A stretch of 64,000 bases of DNA from Alphaproteobacteria bacterium (GTDB lineage Bacteria; Pseudomonadota; Alphaproteobacteria; Bin95), in contig CBDBCB010000012.1 in the NCBI GenBank assembly GCA_965202745.1, forward strand, positions 18,463 through 82,462, given 5' to 3'. Position numbers and translations under genes: made by a program. Within the stretch, counting starts at the first letter, position 1. Every line of letters starts with the position of its first letter. The notes under the pieces are model-generated. The model ran no database searches and was not told where the DNA came from. It saw only the letters and a program-made list of their open reading frames with translations. Below, piece after piece: positions 43,258 to 52,975 of the stretch.

Positions 43258-44030
43258 ATCAACGGCGCTGTCGCCAGGAAAATACCCAACATTAGTTGAG
43301 ATACCAGCTTCTCTGCCTGGTCATACGGCGCGCACCCCTGTGCATGCGGCGCGTCGCTGCAATAAACCGATGCCTGAATATCGAAGTTCCAGTACGAGCC
43401 GACAATGCCCGTGAACGTGGGCAGCGTGTTTGCCGACGGCTGATGCACCAGGAAGGTCCGCATCAAAAGCGAAGCCCTGCCACCAGGCTCCTCTGCCAGG
43501 TACGTCGCGCGGTTGGATACCAGGCCGTCCGCCCTGGTCATCGGGCCGATATAGGAATAAGGGGCATAGGGCTGCCATGTGCGTTGTGACCAGCTGGCAT
43601 ATTGCTCACCGAACCGGATCGAAACCTGGTCGGCTTCTTGCAGGCTTCGAACCGCTTGGCCGCCAAAATCAACCGTGATCAGGTCATTGTACCCGCGCGC
43701 CTGGCAACGCTCGCCGCGGGTGTACTAAAATACCGTCCAATCGGGTATGGCAACTGCCGCGCCGCCATCCAGCGGCTGATAGGTGTGGTAGCGGAACTCG
43801 GCCAGATCGGCCTCGGTCAGGTCCGCTTCGCCGATCATGTATTGAATGCTCGCCAGATCATCATGGCCCTGGGTCAGCTCATAGAATGTCTGGGTGCCGG
43901 TATAGACGAACTGGACACCACCACAGACAAAGGCGTGTCTTGCCTGCTGAGCTGCAGAGCCTCCTTGTTGGCCGCCCTCATCCAGAATGGCCGCCGCGAA
44001 CAAGTGGCTGGAGCCGCGGCCGCCGGTCAT
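43254..44030 (-). pseudogene. unknown 259-codon gene with in-frame TAG at 43725-43727
   Basis: ORFs 43725..44030 and 43254..43541 share one frame that stays open across ..AIPDWTVF*YTRGERC... The start overlaps the protease stop (ATGA). Confidence 0.55.
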
Positions 44031-44743
44031 CCGGTCATCCGGTCACCGGATGTCAGCAGGGTCTGCAGATGAGATGCCGGTACCGCCCAACTGACCGACG
44101 CAGCACCGCTCTTCAATCCACCAGAGCCAACGGCTACCACCTGTCCGCTCAGGTCGAAAATCGGCGCGCCGCTGAGGCCCGGCAGAAGGTGACCGTCCAG
44201 CCGGACGATATCCAGGTTCAGGTCAATCGCGCCGCTACGTTCCAGTTCTTTCCGCACGCCGCCCGGCAGCATGTCTCGTAAACGGGAAGAGCCGAACGTC
44301 ACGCGCAATGGCTTGTTGTCCATGGTCGGAACGGCAAGATAATAGCCCAGAGCTTCCAACTGAGCATTGGCCTGCGGTTTGCTGGGCTGGTGTGCAAGCG
44401 CCTGCCCTGGTGCGCCAGGGGCATGCAGAAGAGCCAAATCCGCGCCATTCAAGACCCCGACAATCCGCGCCTGCTGGGTCGCACCGCCGTGTTTCTCCCA
44501 ATAAACGCTGATGCGCTGACAGCCAGAAACCACGTGCAGCGCCGTGACCACATGCTGATCCGGACCAAAGGCAAAGCCGCTGCCGACACGGTCGCCGCCG
44601 GGGCAGCCGCGGGCCTGGACCTGCACAACACTGCGCGCCACCTGCTCCCGCAACTGCGCGTTCATGCTGGCTGCCTGAGCCAAATACGGCAAACCGGACA
44701 GCCCCACCAGCAGCCCAAGGACAAAGATTATTGTTCGCGGCAT
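44027..44743 (-). CDS. secreted trypsin-like (S1/S1C) serine protease
   Basis: Signal peptide MPRTIIFVLGLLVGLSGLPYLAQA. Catalytic triad context TALHVV, DLALL, GLSGAPIF. Confidence 0.8.
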   Translation of the reverse strand: MPRTIIFVLGLLVGLSGLPYLAQAASMNAQLREQVARSVVQVQARGCPGGDRVGSGFAFGPDQHVVTALHVVSGCQRISVYWEKHGGATQQARIVGVLNGADLALLHAPGAPGQALAHQPSKPQANAQLEALGYYLAVPTMDNKPLRVTFGSSRLRDMLPGGVRKELERSGAIDLNLDIVRLDGHLLPGLSGAPIFDLSGQVVAVGSGGLKSGAASVSWAVPASHLQTLLTSGDRMTG

Positions 44744-45381
44744 ATCTCATCCACCCTTTGTTGCAGCCATTGCAGACGCTCCGTCGCGGTCATGCCGGAC
44801 GGTACTTTGGCGACAAGGTCTGCCCAATCACTACCTTCAAACTGAAGCGCCCCTTCAATCCCGGTAGCCGTCTCATAATTCCGGCTTTGCAACGCGTCGC
44901 ACGCCCCCAGACTCTCCGTGCCTAACAGCGCGCCAGTGCTTGCCTTGGTACGGTTCACGGTGCCGACGGCGCGGCCTTCGGGCAATAGACCGGTACGCTC
45001 AAACGCGACCAGGCGGGCAGCTTCTTCATGGGAGAGGCCCGCCTCCACCCACTTCGCAGCGTTCTCCGCCGGCGACGGCTCCAACAAGCCATGGGTTCGC
45101 ACGAATACCGCTGCCAGCATCGGCGCAACCATCGCCAGCGCAAAACCCGCAACGCGCGCGCCATTGCCGCCCGGCAAAGGGCCAGCAGCATTCTCGCTGC
45201 GCAAGCCGAACAGTGTGCCCAACAATCCGACCAAGCCCGTCACCACACCGGCCACCACCTCAGAGACGGAAAGGCCGACCAGCAAACCCAACAACAGACC
45301 TAACGTGACACCGACGCCAAAATTCCTCAACGGGCTAACTCCAGCGTTTCCTGCGAACAGCATGCCGCAGTATGAAACCAC
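44728..45381 (-). CDS. hypothetical membrane protein (Gly-zipper TM segments plus soluble C-terminal domain)
   Basis: GVGVTLGLLLGLLVGLSV..GVVTGLVGLLGTLFGL. Start uncertain (45381 or 45363). Confidence 0.5.
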   Translation of the reverse strand: MVSYCGMLFAGNAGVSPLRNFGVGVTLGLLLGLLVGLSVSEVVAGVVTGLVGLLGTLFGLRSENAAGPLPGGNGARVAGFALAMVAPMLAAVFVRTHGLLEPSPAENAAKWVEAGLSHEEAARLVAFERTGLLPEGRAVGTVNRTKASTGALLGTESLGACDALQSRNYETATGIEGALQFEGSDWADLVAKVPSGMTATERLQWLQQRVDEICREQ

Positions 45382-45419
45382 TGCAAAGGCTTCGCTTGTG
45401 GATTAGCTCACAGCAACAC

Positions 45420-47447
45420 TTAAATTGCCGCCGTTGCCTGCCGCAGCCAGTCTTTGGTCGCAGCGTCCAATGTTGGGCTCACCAACTCCCAAACCTGCGC
45501 ATGATAACCATTCAGCCAGTCCCGCTCGTGCGTTGTCAGAAGCTCCACAATAATCAATCGCCGGTCGATGGGGGCAAAGGTCAGCACCTCGAATTCCAGG
45601 AACTTGCGGCCGTTTTCCGGCTGGTTCGCCGCCTCCCGCACTGCCAGCAGGTTCTCAGTGCGAATACCGAACTGCCCAGCCTCATAATAGCCGGGTTCGT
45701 TCGACAGGATCATGCCCGGCACCAGCGCCACGGTATCGCTTTTCGCAACGCGTTGTGGCCCCTCATGCACGCCCAGATACGAGCCCACCCCGTGTCCCGT
45801 GCCGTGGTCAAAGTCCATGCCATCCTGCCACAACGGCATGCGGGCGAGCGCATCCAGCTGCATTCCCATTGTGCCCGTCGGGAAGCGCGCCGTCGCCAGG
45901 CCGATATTCCCCTGCAATACTCGCGTGAAGGCCCGGCGCATGGCCTCCGTCGGCTCGCCGATGGCGACGGTACGGGTGATATCTGTGGTGCCATCCAGGA
46001 ACTGCCCGCCCGAATCGCACAGATAGAGCGAGCCCGGCGTTAGTTTCCGCTCGGTTTCCGGCGCGGCGCGGTAGTGGGCAATCGCCCCGTTCGGCCCAAA
46101 GCCAGAGATGGTCGGGAAGCTCTGGTCCTTAAAATCCGCCAGTTCCTCGCGAAAGGCCAGCAATTGCTCTGCGGCCTGAATTTCACCGATCTGCCCACCG
46201 GGTCCATTCTGGTCCATCCAGGCTAGATAGCACGTCACCGCGACAGCATCTCGCGCATGCGCTGCCCGTGCCCCGGCCAACTCGGTCGCGTTCTTCGCCG
46301 CCCTGGGGTTCACGCATGGATCGGTGCCCGCTTGATGCACCGCCCCTGCTGCAGTCAGCCGGTTCAGGATCCAGGCAGGCGTGCTCTGCGGGTCGGCCAG
46401 CACTGCTGCGCCCTCGTCTCCCAACACGTCCAGCGCCGTGCCGAAGTCCGCCAATGCTGACACTCTCACGCCATTACCCAGATGCTGGCGGGTTTCCGGC
46501 AGCAATTTGCGCGGATCGCAGAACAAGGCGACCTGCCCGTCATCGTGCAGGATGCCGAAACTCAACGGCAAGGGAGTATGGGCAACATCACCGCCGCGAA
46601 TGTTCAACAACCAGGCAAGCGAATCCGGTTGCGCCAGCACTGCTGCCCTGGCTCCCAACACCCGCAGATCATCGGCCAGCCGTTGACGCTTGGACTCCGC
46701 CGTCTCTCCGGTGAACTTCTCCGGGTGGGCAACCACCGGCGCTAACGGACGGGCGGGCCGGTCTAGCCAGACGGCATCAACCGGATTGGCCTCGACCAGC
46801 ACCAGTTCCCCACCAGCCTTCGCCACTGCCTTCTCGAAACGGGCGACCGCATCGGCGCTGTGCAGCCAAGGGTCCAGACCCAGCCTTGTCCCAGCTGGCA
46901 GGTTCGCCGCCACCCAATCCGCAGGCGGCGTTTCGGTAACATGCAGCGTCTCATAGGCAGCCATATCGACCTGATCGCGCACTTGCAGCGTATAGCGGCC
47001 ATCCACGAACACGGCGGCCTTCTCCAGCAGAACCACTGCCGCACCGGCCGAGCCGGTAAAGCCGGTCAGCCAAGCCAGCCGCGCACTTGCCGCCGGAATG
47101 AACTCGCTCTGATGCTCATCGCCATGCGGGATCACAAACCCGTCCAAGGCGCACTCCCGCAACGCATTCCGCAGCAGGTCCAGACGTTCGCTCAATGGCA
47201 CCCCCCCCGGCACGGCGTCCATCAGCGCACGCCGCGCGTCGGCCAGCGCTGCGACCAGTTCCGTGCTGGGTTCCGGTGCGATCAGGCGTGGCCAGACAGC
47301 CAGATCCGCAGCATCTCCCTGCTGCGGCGCGCCGTTCAGCCCCGCCAGAATTTCCAGCGCATCCTCTGGACTGACGGCATCGCTTGTAGCGGCGAGCGCC
47401 GCTTCAAGGCGGGTCAGCATTTGTTTGGGCAAGGGCGTAAGCGGCAT
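45420..47447 (-). CDS. aminopeptidase P family (M24B) metallopeptidase, long form
   Basis: M24 pita-bread motifs: DSGGQF.DGTTD, HGTGHGVG, SNEPGYY..G.FGIR.EN. Confidence 0.85.
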   Translation of the reverse strand: MPLTPLPKQMLTRLEAALAATSDAVSPEDALEILAGLNGAPQQGDAADLAVWPRLIAPEPSTELVAALADARRALMDAVPGGVPLSERLDLLRNALRECALDGFVIPHGDEHQSEFIPAASARLAWLTGFTGSAGAAVVLLEKAAVFVDGRYTLQVRDQVDMAAYETLHVTETPPADWVAANLPAGTRLGLDPWLHSADAVARFEKAVAKAGGELVLVEANPVDAVWLDRPARPLAPVVAHPEKFTGETAESKRQRLADDLRVLGARAAVLAQPDSLAWLLNIRGGDVAHTPLPLSFGILHDDGQVALFCDPRKLLPETRQHLGNGVRVSALADFGTALDVLGDEGAAVLADPQSTPAWILNRLTAAGAVHQAGTDPCVNPRAAKNATELAGARAAHARDAVAVTCYLAWMDQNGPGGQIGEIQAAEQLLAFREELADFKDQSFPTISGFGPNGAIAHYRAAPETERKLTPGSLYLCDSGGQFLDGTTDITRTVAIGEPTEAMRRAFTRVLQGNIGLATARFPTGTMGMQLDALARMPLWQDGMDFDHGTGHGVGSYLGVHEGPQRVAKSDTVALVPGMILSNEPGYYEAGQFGIRTENLLAVREAANQPENGRKFLEFEVLTFAPIDRRLIIVELLTTHERDWLNGYHAQVWELVSPTLDAATKDWLRQATAAI

Positions 47448-47634
47448 CGGTCAGGCTTCCGGCGGCGTTGAGGAACCCTTGTGTGAAAGCGTTTGGCTGC
47501 CGCCGCAAGGCCGCATCGCCCTTGCACAATGTTGCGTCGCACAAATATTCAGTATTCTTGCGACCATCGGCACAAACTCCGGCAAGCCCCTCTCGTCCTG
47601 CATACCTGCATTGCGACATAGACATAAACCAAGA

Positions 47635-47651
47635 CATGCGTTAAACGCATG
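47635..47651. promoter_or_regulatory. 17-bp perfect palindrome CATGCGTTAAACGCATG (possible operator)
   Basis: Lies in the 312-bp intergenic region upstream of the small ORF at 47760. Confidence 0.2.
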
Positions 47652-47759
47652 GCTACGGTGTGAAACGAACGCTACTAAAACTGGCGGAAAAGAGCGATTT
47701 ACTGCTCATCGCGATTGCCAAGGGGCAGCCGCAAAGGTCCGTACCGATGGAGACAAATC

Positions 47760-48023
47760 ATGGGCAGCATATCTTTTTCGAGCGACTTTTTCAGCCACAG
47801 TGCACCGCAGCATAACCCGCGCGACCTGAACGCCGATCGCATGGAAAAAGCGATTGTTGCTTGCGAGAAAAAAGACGCCGCCATCGTCCGCAAGGCGCTT
47901 CACAATTTCGCCGCATGGCTCACAACGCCGGAAGACAGCGCGCCTGATGCCATGCAAAGCGCGATCCTCGCCTGCCAGCGCCGCGACCGCGCCATTATCT
48001 GGAACCTGCTGAAAGGCAATTGA
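47760..48023 (+). CDS. hypothetical small protein (87 aa)
   Basis: GGAGA lies upstream of the ATG at 47760. Internal repeat-like AIVACEKKDAAIV / AILACQRRDRAII. Confidence 0.45.
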   Translation: MGSISFSSDFFSHSAPQHNPRDLNADRMEKAIVACEKKDAAIVRKALHNFAAWLTTPEDSAPDAMQSAILACQRRDRAIIWNLLKGN

Positions 48024-48035
48024 GGCAGGCGACGC

Positions 48036-48072
48036 CAAACGAAAAGGGCCACCGGCATTTCTACCGGCGGCC
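48036..48072 (-). terminator. rho-independent terminator downstream of the TAXI gene
   Basis: GGCCGCCGG/CCGGTGGCC stem with one mismatch, followed by CTTTTCGTTT on the minus strand. Confidence 0.6.
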
Positions 48073-48110
48073 TTCATCAGTAACCAGGGAAAGACACTAG
48101 CCGGGCATCA

Positions 48111-49271
48111 TTACATGCCAATTTCTTTCAGGCGGGCTTTCTCCCAAACTGCTGGCCATTCTTCCTTGGCATTGATCTTGTTGCCTTTAGCACGCTCAGC
48201 AACACGATAGTCATGGAAGTCAGCTTGCGCCATTTCCCAGGCTTCCAGCAGCTTGTTCAGGCGGGCCAGGCGGGTGTCATGCCAAGCCTGATCCTCGTCA
48301 CGCCACAAGCCTTTTTCCTTCATGTAACGGATGGTGCCGTCATGAGCCGGCGCGTCATAGGGCGTGCGGCCAGATTTTTCGATGGCCCAATTGAACGAGC
48401 TGGACGTGGTATTCTTGAAGTCGTCATAGCTCTCGTCTATTGCCTTCACGAGATTGTAAACCTCATCCGTCGGCACCTTGTCCTGGTAAACCGTCATGAT
48501 GGGGTAGCGATAACCGACCATCCAGCGTGGAGTCTCCGCGGACAAGCCAGCGCCACGGGTTTCGTGGACCGGTCCGGCAAAACTGATGACGTCGGTAACC
48601 GACTTCCACCCAACCTTGTTCTCCGGCGGATATTCCGGCCAGGAAAGACCACGCGGGCTCGCCTCAACCTCACGAATGATAGCCGATGTCGGCACGCTCA
48701 TAAAGACGTCGATCTGGTTCGCCAGCAGCGCGGTTTTCATCGCGCCGTAAGAGGAGAACATGCTGACTTCAACGTCAGCCCGGGTCAGATTGCCGAATGC
48801 CAGCATGGCGTCGGTCTTCACATTGATCGACGGATTCGCCTTTACGTAGCCAAGCCGCCTGCCCTTCATGTCGGCGACAGTCTTGATATTGGCATCCTTT
48901 GCGGCTGCCAGGGACACACTCGCAACCCGGCCCAATACAACACGCACGTTCTGTGGGCCCCACTGCTCGGAGGCATAGTCATAGGTGCCTTCGGCGGAGA
49001 AGAACGCCTCGTTGCCCAAGAATCCGTAACGCACTTTGCCGGTCACCATCGGCAACATACGGCCAATAGAGGTTCCTGACGGTACGATGCGAACGCGGGT
49101 GCCGTAGTTTTTGCGCAGCGCATTGGCGATGCCGGTGGCTTCACCGTGGCCAGACGAGCCCAGATCGTAGGCGCTCCAAACCATGGATTTCGGAATATCG
49201 GGATCGGCAGCAAATGCCGGCAGCGCGACTGCTGCGGCAAACGCCGTTCGTATAATTATCGTACGGATCAT
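48111..49271 (-). CDS. TAXI-family TRAP transporter solute-binding protein (paralog 1)
   Basis: Signal peptide, a TAXI-type core and a HDGTIRYMKEKGLW motif. Confidence 0.8.
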   Translation of the reverse strand: MIRTIIIRTAFAAAVALPAFAADPDIPKSMVWSAYDLGSSGHGEATGIANALRKNYGTRVRIVPSGTSIGRMLPMVTGKVRYGFLGNEAFFSAEGTYDYASEQWGPQNVRVVLGRVASVSLAAAKDANIKTVADMKGRRLGYVKANPSINVKTDAMLAFGNLTRADVEVSMFSSYGAMKTALLANQIDVFMSVPTSAIIREVEASPRGLSWPEYPPENKVGWKSVTDVISFAGPVHETRGAGLSAETPRWMVGYRYPIMTVYQDKVPTDEVYNLVKAIDESYDDFKNTTSSSFNWAIEKSGRTPYDAPAHDGTIRYMKEKGLWRDEDQAWHDTRLARLNKLLEAWEMAQADFHDYRVAERAKGNKINAKEEWPAVWEKARLKEIGM

Positions 49272-49370
49272 TGGCGATATCCTCCTGTTCTATTGACCTG
49301 GCTGTGCCTTGATGCGCGCCAGCTTCTGCCATGGGATGCCGCAACAGGCCGCCGAGTCAAGGCTATGGCC

Positions 49371-49409
49371 CCAAAAAAGAAAGGCCGCCGGCATTACTGC
49401 CAGCGGCCT
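49371..49409 (-). terminator. rho-independent terminator downstream of the second TAXI gene
   Basis: 12-bp stem AGGCCGCTGGCA/TGCCGGCGGCCT with one mismatch, followed by TTCTTTTTTGG on the minus strand. Confidence 0.7.
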
Positions 49410-49443
49410 CCCAAGCATTAAGGTCTAAAACCCTAAGCGTTGG

Positions 49444-50598
49444 TTACATACCAAGCGCTTTCAGACGGGCTTTCTCCCAGTAAGCAGGCCATTCTTCTTT
49501 GGCGCTGATCTTGTTGCCTTTCGCACGCTCGGCAACGCGGTAGTCGTGGAAATCGGCTTGCGCCACTTCCCAGGCTTCCAGCAGCTTGTTCAGACGAGCC
49601 AGACGGGAGTCGTTCCATGCCTGGTCTTCATCACGCCACAGGTCCTTTTCCTTGAGGTAGCGGATGGTGCCTTCGTGAGCCGGCGCGTCGTATGGCGGAC
49701 GAGCGGCTTTCTCCAACGCCCAGTCGGTGGAGCTAGGCGTGGTGTTCTTGTAGTCATCGAAGGTCGCATCGATGGCCTTGATGACATTGTATACTTCATC
49801 CGTGGTAACCGCGTTCTGATAGACGGTGATCATCGGATAGCGGTAGCCCATCAGCCAAACCGGCTTGTCGGCAGACAGCGCAGCGCCGCGGCCTTCGAGC
49901 ATCGGCGAGGCAAAGCTGACCACGTCGGTCACGGCTTTCCAACCGGCTTTGTTTTCCGGCGGGAAGGGCGGCCAGGTCAGGCCACGCGGGCTGGCTTCGA
50001 TCTCACGCATGTTCGCGGAGCCGGGCACACTGCCGAACGCGTCCAGCTGGTTGGCTAGCAGTGCGGTCTTCATGGCGCTGTAGGAACCGAACCAAACCGG
50101 CTCGATGTCGTCCATCGTCAAACCACCGATGGCGATATAGGCGAGGTTCTTCACGTTGACGGAAGGATTGCCCTTCACAAAGCCAACGCGCTTGCCCCTA
50201 AGGTCAGCCATCGTTTTAACGCCGGTGTCTTTGGCAACGGCCATGCCGACCGCAGCAACACGGCCCATCACGATGCGGATGTCCTGGGGACCCCACTGCT
50301 CGGTTGCAAAATCGTAGGTGCCTTCAGCGGAAAAGTACGCTTCGTTCGCCAGGAAACCGTATTTCACCTTGCCGGTGGTCATCGGCAGCATACGGCCGAT
50401 CGAGGTGCCGGCCGGTACGATACGGATGCGCGTGCCATAGTTCTTCTTCAGGGCGTTAGCGATGCCGGTGGCTTCGGCATAACCCGAAGAACCCAGGTCA
50501 TAGGCGCTCCAGACCATGGAACGGGGCAACTCGACGTCGGCTGCACTTGCGGCACCGGCAGCCAATACACCTGCCAGCGCGGATGCGATCAGTCTCAT
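49444..50598 (-). CDS. TAXI-family TRAP transporter solute-binding protein (paralog 2)
   Basis: Collinear with 48111..49271 along its whole length. Start at MRLIASALAG (50598), preceded by GGAGG. Confidence 0.8.
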   Translation of the reverse strand: MRLIASALAGVLAAGAASAADVELPRSMVWSAYDLGSSGYAEATGIANALKKNYGTRIRIVPAGTSIGRMLPMTTGKVKYGFLANEAYFSAEGTYDFATEQWGPQDIRIVMGRVAAVGMAVAKDTGVKTMADLRGKRVGFVKGNPSVNVKNLAYIAIGGLTMDDIEPVWFGSYSAMKTALLANQLDAFGSVPGSANMREIEASPRGLTWPPFPPENKAGWKAVTDVVSFASPMLEGRGAALSADKPVWLMGYRYPMITVYQNAVTTDEVYNVIKAIDATFDDYKNTTPSSTDWALEKAARPPYDAPAHEGTIRYLKEKDLWRDEDQAWNDSRLARLNKLLEAWEVAQADFHDYRVAERAKGNKISAKEEWPAYWEKARLKALGM

Positions 50599-50712
50599 CA
50601 GACATTTTCCTCCAATTTCGGTAGCGGGCGGACAAGCACTGATGGCTCCTCCGTTATCCCCAGCGCTTTCGTACACGGTGAAACGCGCCCTAGCAATCCT
50701 TTAGCCCTGCGT

Positions 50713-51465
50713 TCACCGCACCGCGCTGATGATCAGGCTTACACCCATAATCAACAGCGCAATCATCGCTGTATTGCGGAACACCCTCTGGCTGACCTTC
50801 CGGCGGACATAGCCGCCAACCGTCAAACCCAGCCAGCTGGGGACCAGCACGGCCAGAGTACCCGCCAACTGGTCGGTTTTGAACGTCCCAGCATGGATTA
50901 ACGAGGCTGTCAGAACAATCACGCCCAGAAACATGATAACGCCAATCACCCAGACAAATCGGTCTTTGTCCAATCGGCAGGCGAGCAGATACATAGCCAA
51001 GGTAGCGCCGAAACCGCCAGTCAATCCGCCGGAAAGGCCTGTTAAACCGCCCATGCCGAAGCCCACAATCCGGTTGGTTGCAAACCGGTGTGGCAGCGCC
51101 ATCTTGGCGAACCCCATCAGCACAAATACCACGACCAGCGTGCCTAACACGCCCCTGACCCAGTTTTCCGGCGCAGAGGTTGCAACCTGCACGCCGGCGA
51201 CGATGCCAATCGAAATACCGACAATTGCCGGCCACCATGGCAGCAGAGAGGTGCGGGCGTGCCAGGTTTGGCGCACCTGGATCAGGTTCATGATATAGCC
51301 GGGCGCCAGCATAAGCGGGATCGCCTTCGCAACCGGCAGGGCCAGGGCAACAATCGGGATGGCCACCAATGGCAGGCCCATGCCGACCACGCCTTTCAGC
51401 AGCCCGCCCAGGAAAAACCCGATAGCCGCCATGGCGATCACAAACGGGTCCAGGTTTTCTAACAT
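50713..51465 (-). CDS. TauE/SafE (TSUP) family anion exporter
   Basis: 250-aa polytopic membrane protein with the duplicated GxGGG-type TSUP pattern. Confidence 0.7.
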   Translation of the reverse strand: MLENLDPFVIAMAAIGFFLGGLLKGVVGMGLPLVAIPIVALALPVAKAIPLMLAPGYIMNLIQVRQTWHARTSLLPWWPAIVGISIGIVAGVQVATSAPENWVRGVLGTLVVVFVLMGFAKMALPHRFATNRIVGFGMGGLTGLSGGLTGGFGATLAMYLLACRLDKDRFVWVIGVIMFLGVIVLTASLIHAGTFKTDQLAGTLAVLVPSWLGLTVGGYVRRKVSQRVFRNTAMIALLIMGVSLIISAVR

Positions 51466-51594
51466 GAAGCACTCCGAGCGCCCGGACGCTGGGGAGCGCG
51501 CCCGGATATGTCGGACTACCCTCCGCTGGCACTCTAGGCAATTGCGGAGTTCTCGCAGGCAAACGACCCGTCGCAGCGGCCCGCTGCCGAAGCG

Positions 51595-52062
51595 CTATTT
51601 TTTGACTCGCTCACGCCGCTTGAAAGCCGGGCGGAGCGGATCGGCCGTCGCATCGAATTCCACAAAGCTATCGGGGTCAGCGACCAACGCCGCCAACACT
51701 TGACGCAACAACGGCACCGACAGTGGCTTGCCGATGAAGCCGTTGGCCCCTTCCGCTTCCAGGGCATTGATTTCCGCTGAGTCCCGATAGGCCGACATCG
51801 CCAAGATCCGCACGGTATGGTTAGCGGCCTCATTGCTGTGCCGAACCCAGCGCACGAACTCTGCCCCGTTCATCGGCTCCATCCGCACATCGGTGGTAAT
51901 GCAATCGAACTCGTGCCCGCGCACCAGTTCCATCGCCGACGCACCATCTGCCGCCTCCCGCGGAGCATCTGCTCCCAGCATGAGGAGCATGGACCGCAAA
52001 ATCGACAATGCAGCCGGGTTGTCGTCGACGACGAGGAACGCCCATTCCCGCAGGACGGCCAT
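51595..52062 (-). CDS. stand-alone response regulator receiver domain
   Basis: FLVVDDNP, phospho-acceptor region ITTDVRMEPMNG, and GFIGKPL. Start at MAVLREW (52062). Confidence 0.75.
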   Translation of the reverse strand: MAVLREWAFLVVDDNPAALSILRSMLLMLGADAPREAADGASAMELVRGHEFDCITTDVRMEPMNGAEFVRWVRHSNEAANHTVRILAMSAYRDSAEINALEAEGANGFIGKPLSVPLLRQVLAALVADPDSFVEFDATADPLRPAFKRRERVKK

Positions 52063-52123
52063 CGCCTCGTCGTCAGAGTCGCCCGGTTCAGCCAACAGCC
52101 TGATCTTTCGTCTACAACAGGGG

Positions 52124-52975
52124 CTAAAGTGGCATATTCGGATCAAACTCCGGCCGCCGCTTTTCCTTGTGCGATGCAAGGCCTTCCCGCGCTTCCGGCC
52201 CGGTAAAGCCCAGGAACTCCAGTGCCAAGGAGGCATCGAAACTGGGACCCGCCATACGGTACCAATTGTTTAGTGTATATTTGGTAAACCTGATCGCGCT
52301 TTGCGCGCCTTCTGCCAGACGCGTAGCGACTTCGACCGCTTTCGCGTCCAACTCCTCATTCGGTACAGACAGCGAAATGAGGCCGATTTCCTCCGCCTCT
52401 GCACCGCTAATGGAATCGCACAGCAGCAAGTAGTATTTCGCCTTTGCCATGCCGCAAAGCAGCGGCCAGACAATTACCGCATGATCGCCCGCAGCCACGC
52501 CGAGGCGGGTGTGCCCGTCGATAATGCGCGCCTTCTCCGACGCGATCGAGACATCGGACAGGATGCCTGCCACCAGGCCCGCACCGACCGCCGGTCCGCG
52601 CATGGCGGAGACGATGGGCTTGGAGCAATTAATGACATTATAGACGATATCTCGGGCTTCTTTCCAAACCTGCACACGGGTTTTGTAGTCGTCCATAATG
52701 GCTTCGATCATCTCGAAATCACCACCGGCGCTGAAGGCCTTGCCCGCACCTGTCAGGATCGCGCAATTGACTGAATGATCATTGTCGATCACCCGCCATA
52801 TCTCCGCCAACTCGCGGTGCATGGTGACGTTGGCAGCGTTGAGCCGCTCCGGCCGGTTCATGGTCACACGCAAAACACGCTCGTGCGGGCGGTCGAAGGT
52901 CAGCGTCTCAAACGTGGCATAGGGATCGGACATCTCTGGACTTTCCGGTTGGCTCGACAATTTTGCCCGGATCAT
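52124..52975 (-). CDS. enoyl-CoA hydratase/isomerase family protein
   Basis: Crotonase pattern [14 protein letters not shown] and GPAVGAGLV. The start at 52975 overlaps the MFS gene stop (ATGA). Confidence 0.85.
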   Translation of the reverse strand: MIRAKLSSQPESPEMSDPYATFETLTFDRPHERVLRVTMNRPERLNAANVTMHRELAEIWRVIDNDHSVNCAILTGAGKAFSAGGDFEMIEAIMDDYKTRVQVWKEARDIVYNVINCSKPIVSAMRGPAVGAGLVAGILSDVSIASEKARIIDGHTRLGVAAGDHAVIVWPLLCGMAKAKYYLLLCDSISGAEAEEIGLISLSVPNEELDAKAVEVATRLAEGAQSAIRFTKYTLNNWYRMAGPSFDASLALEFLGFTGPEAREGLASHKEKRRPEFDPNMPL

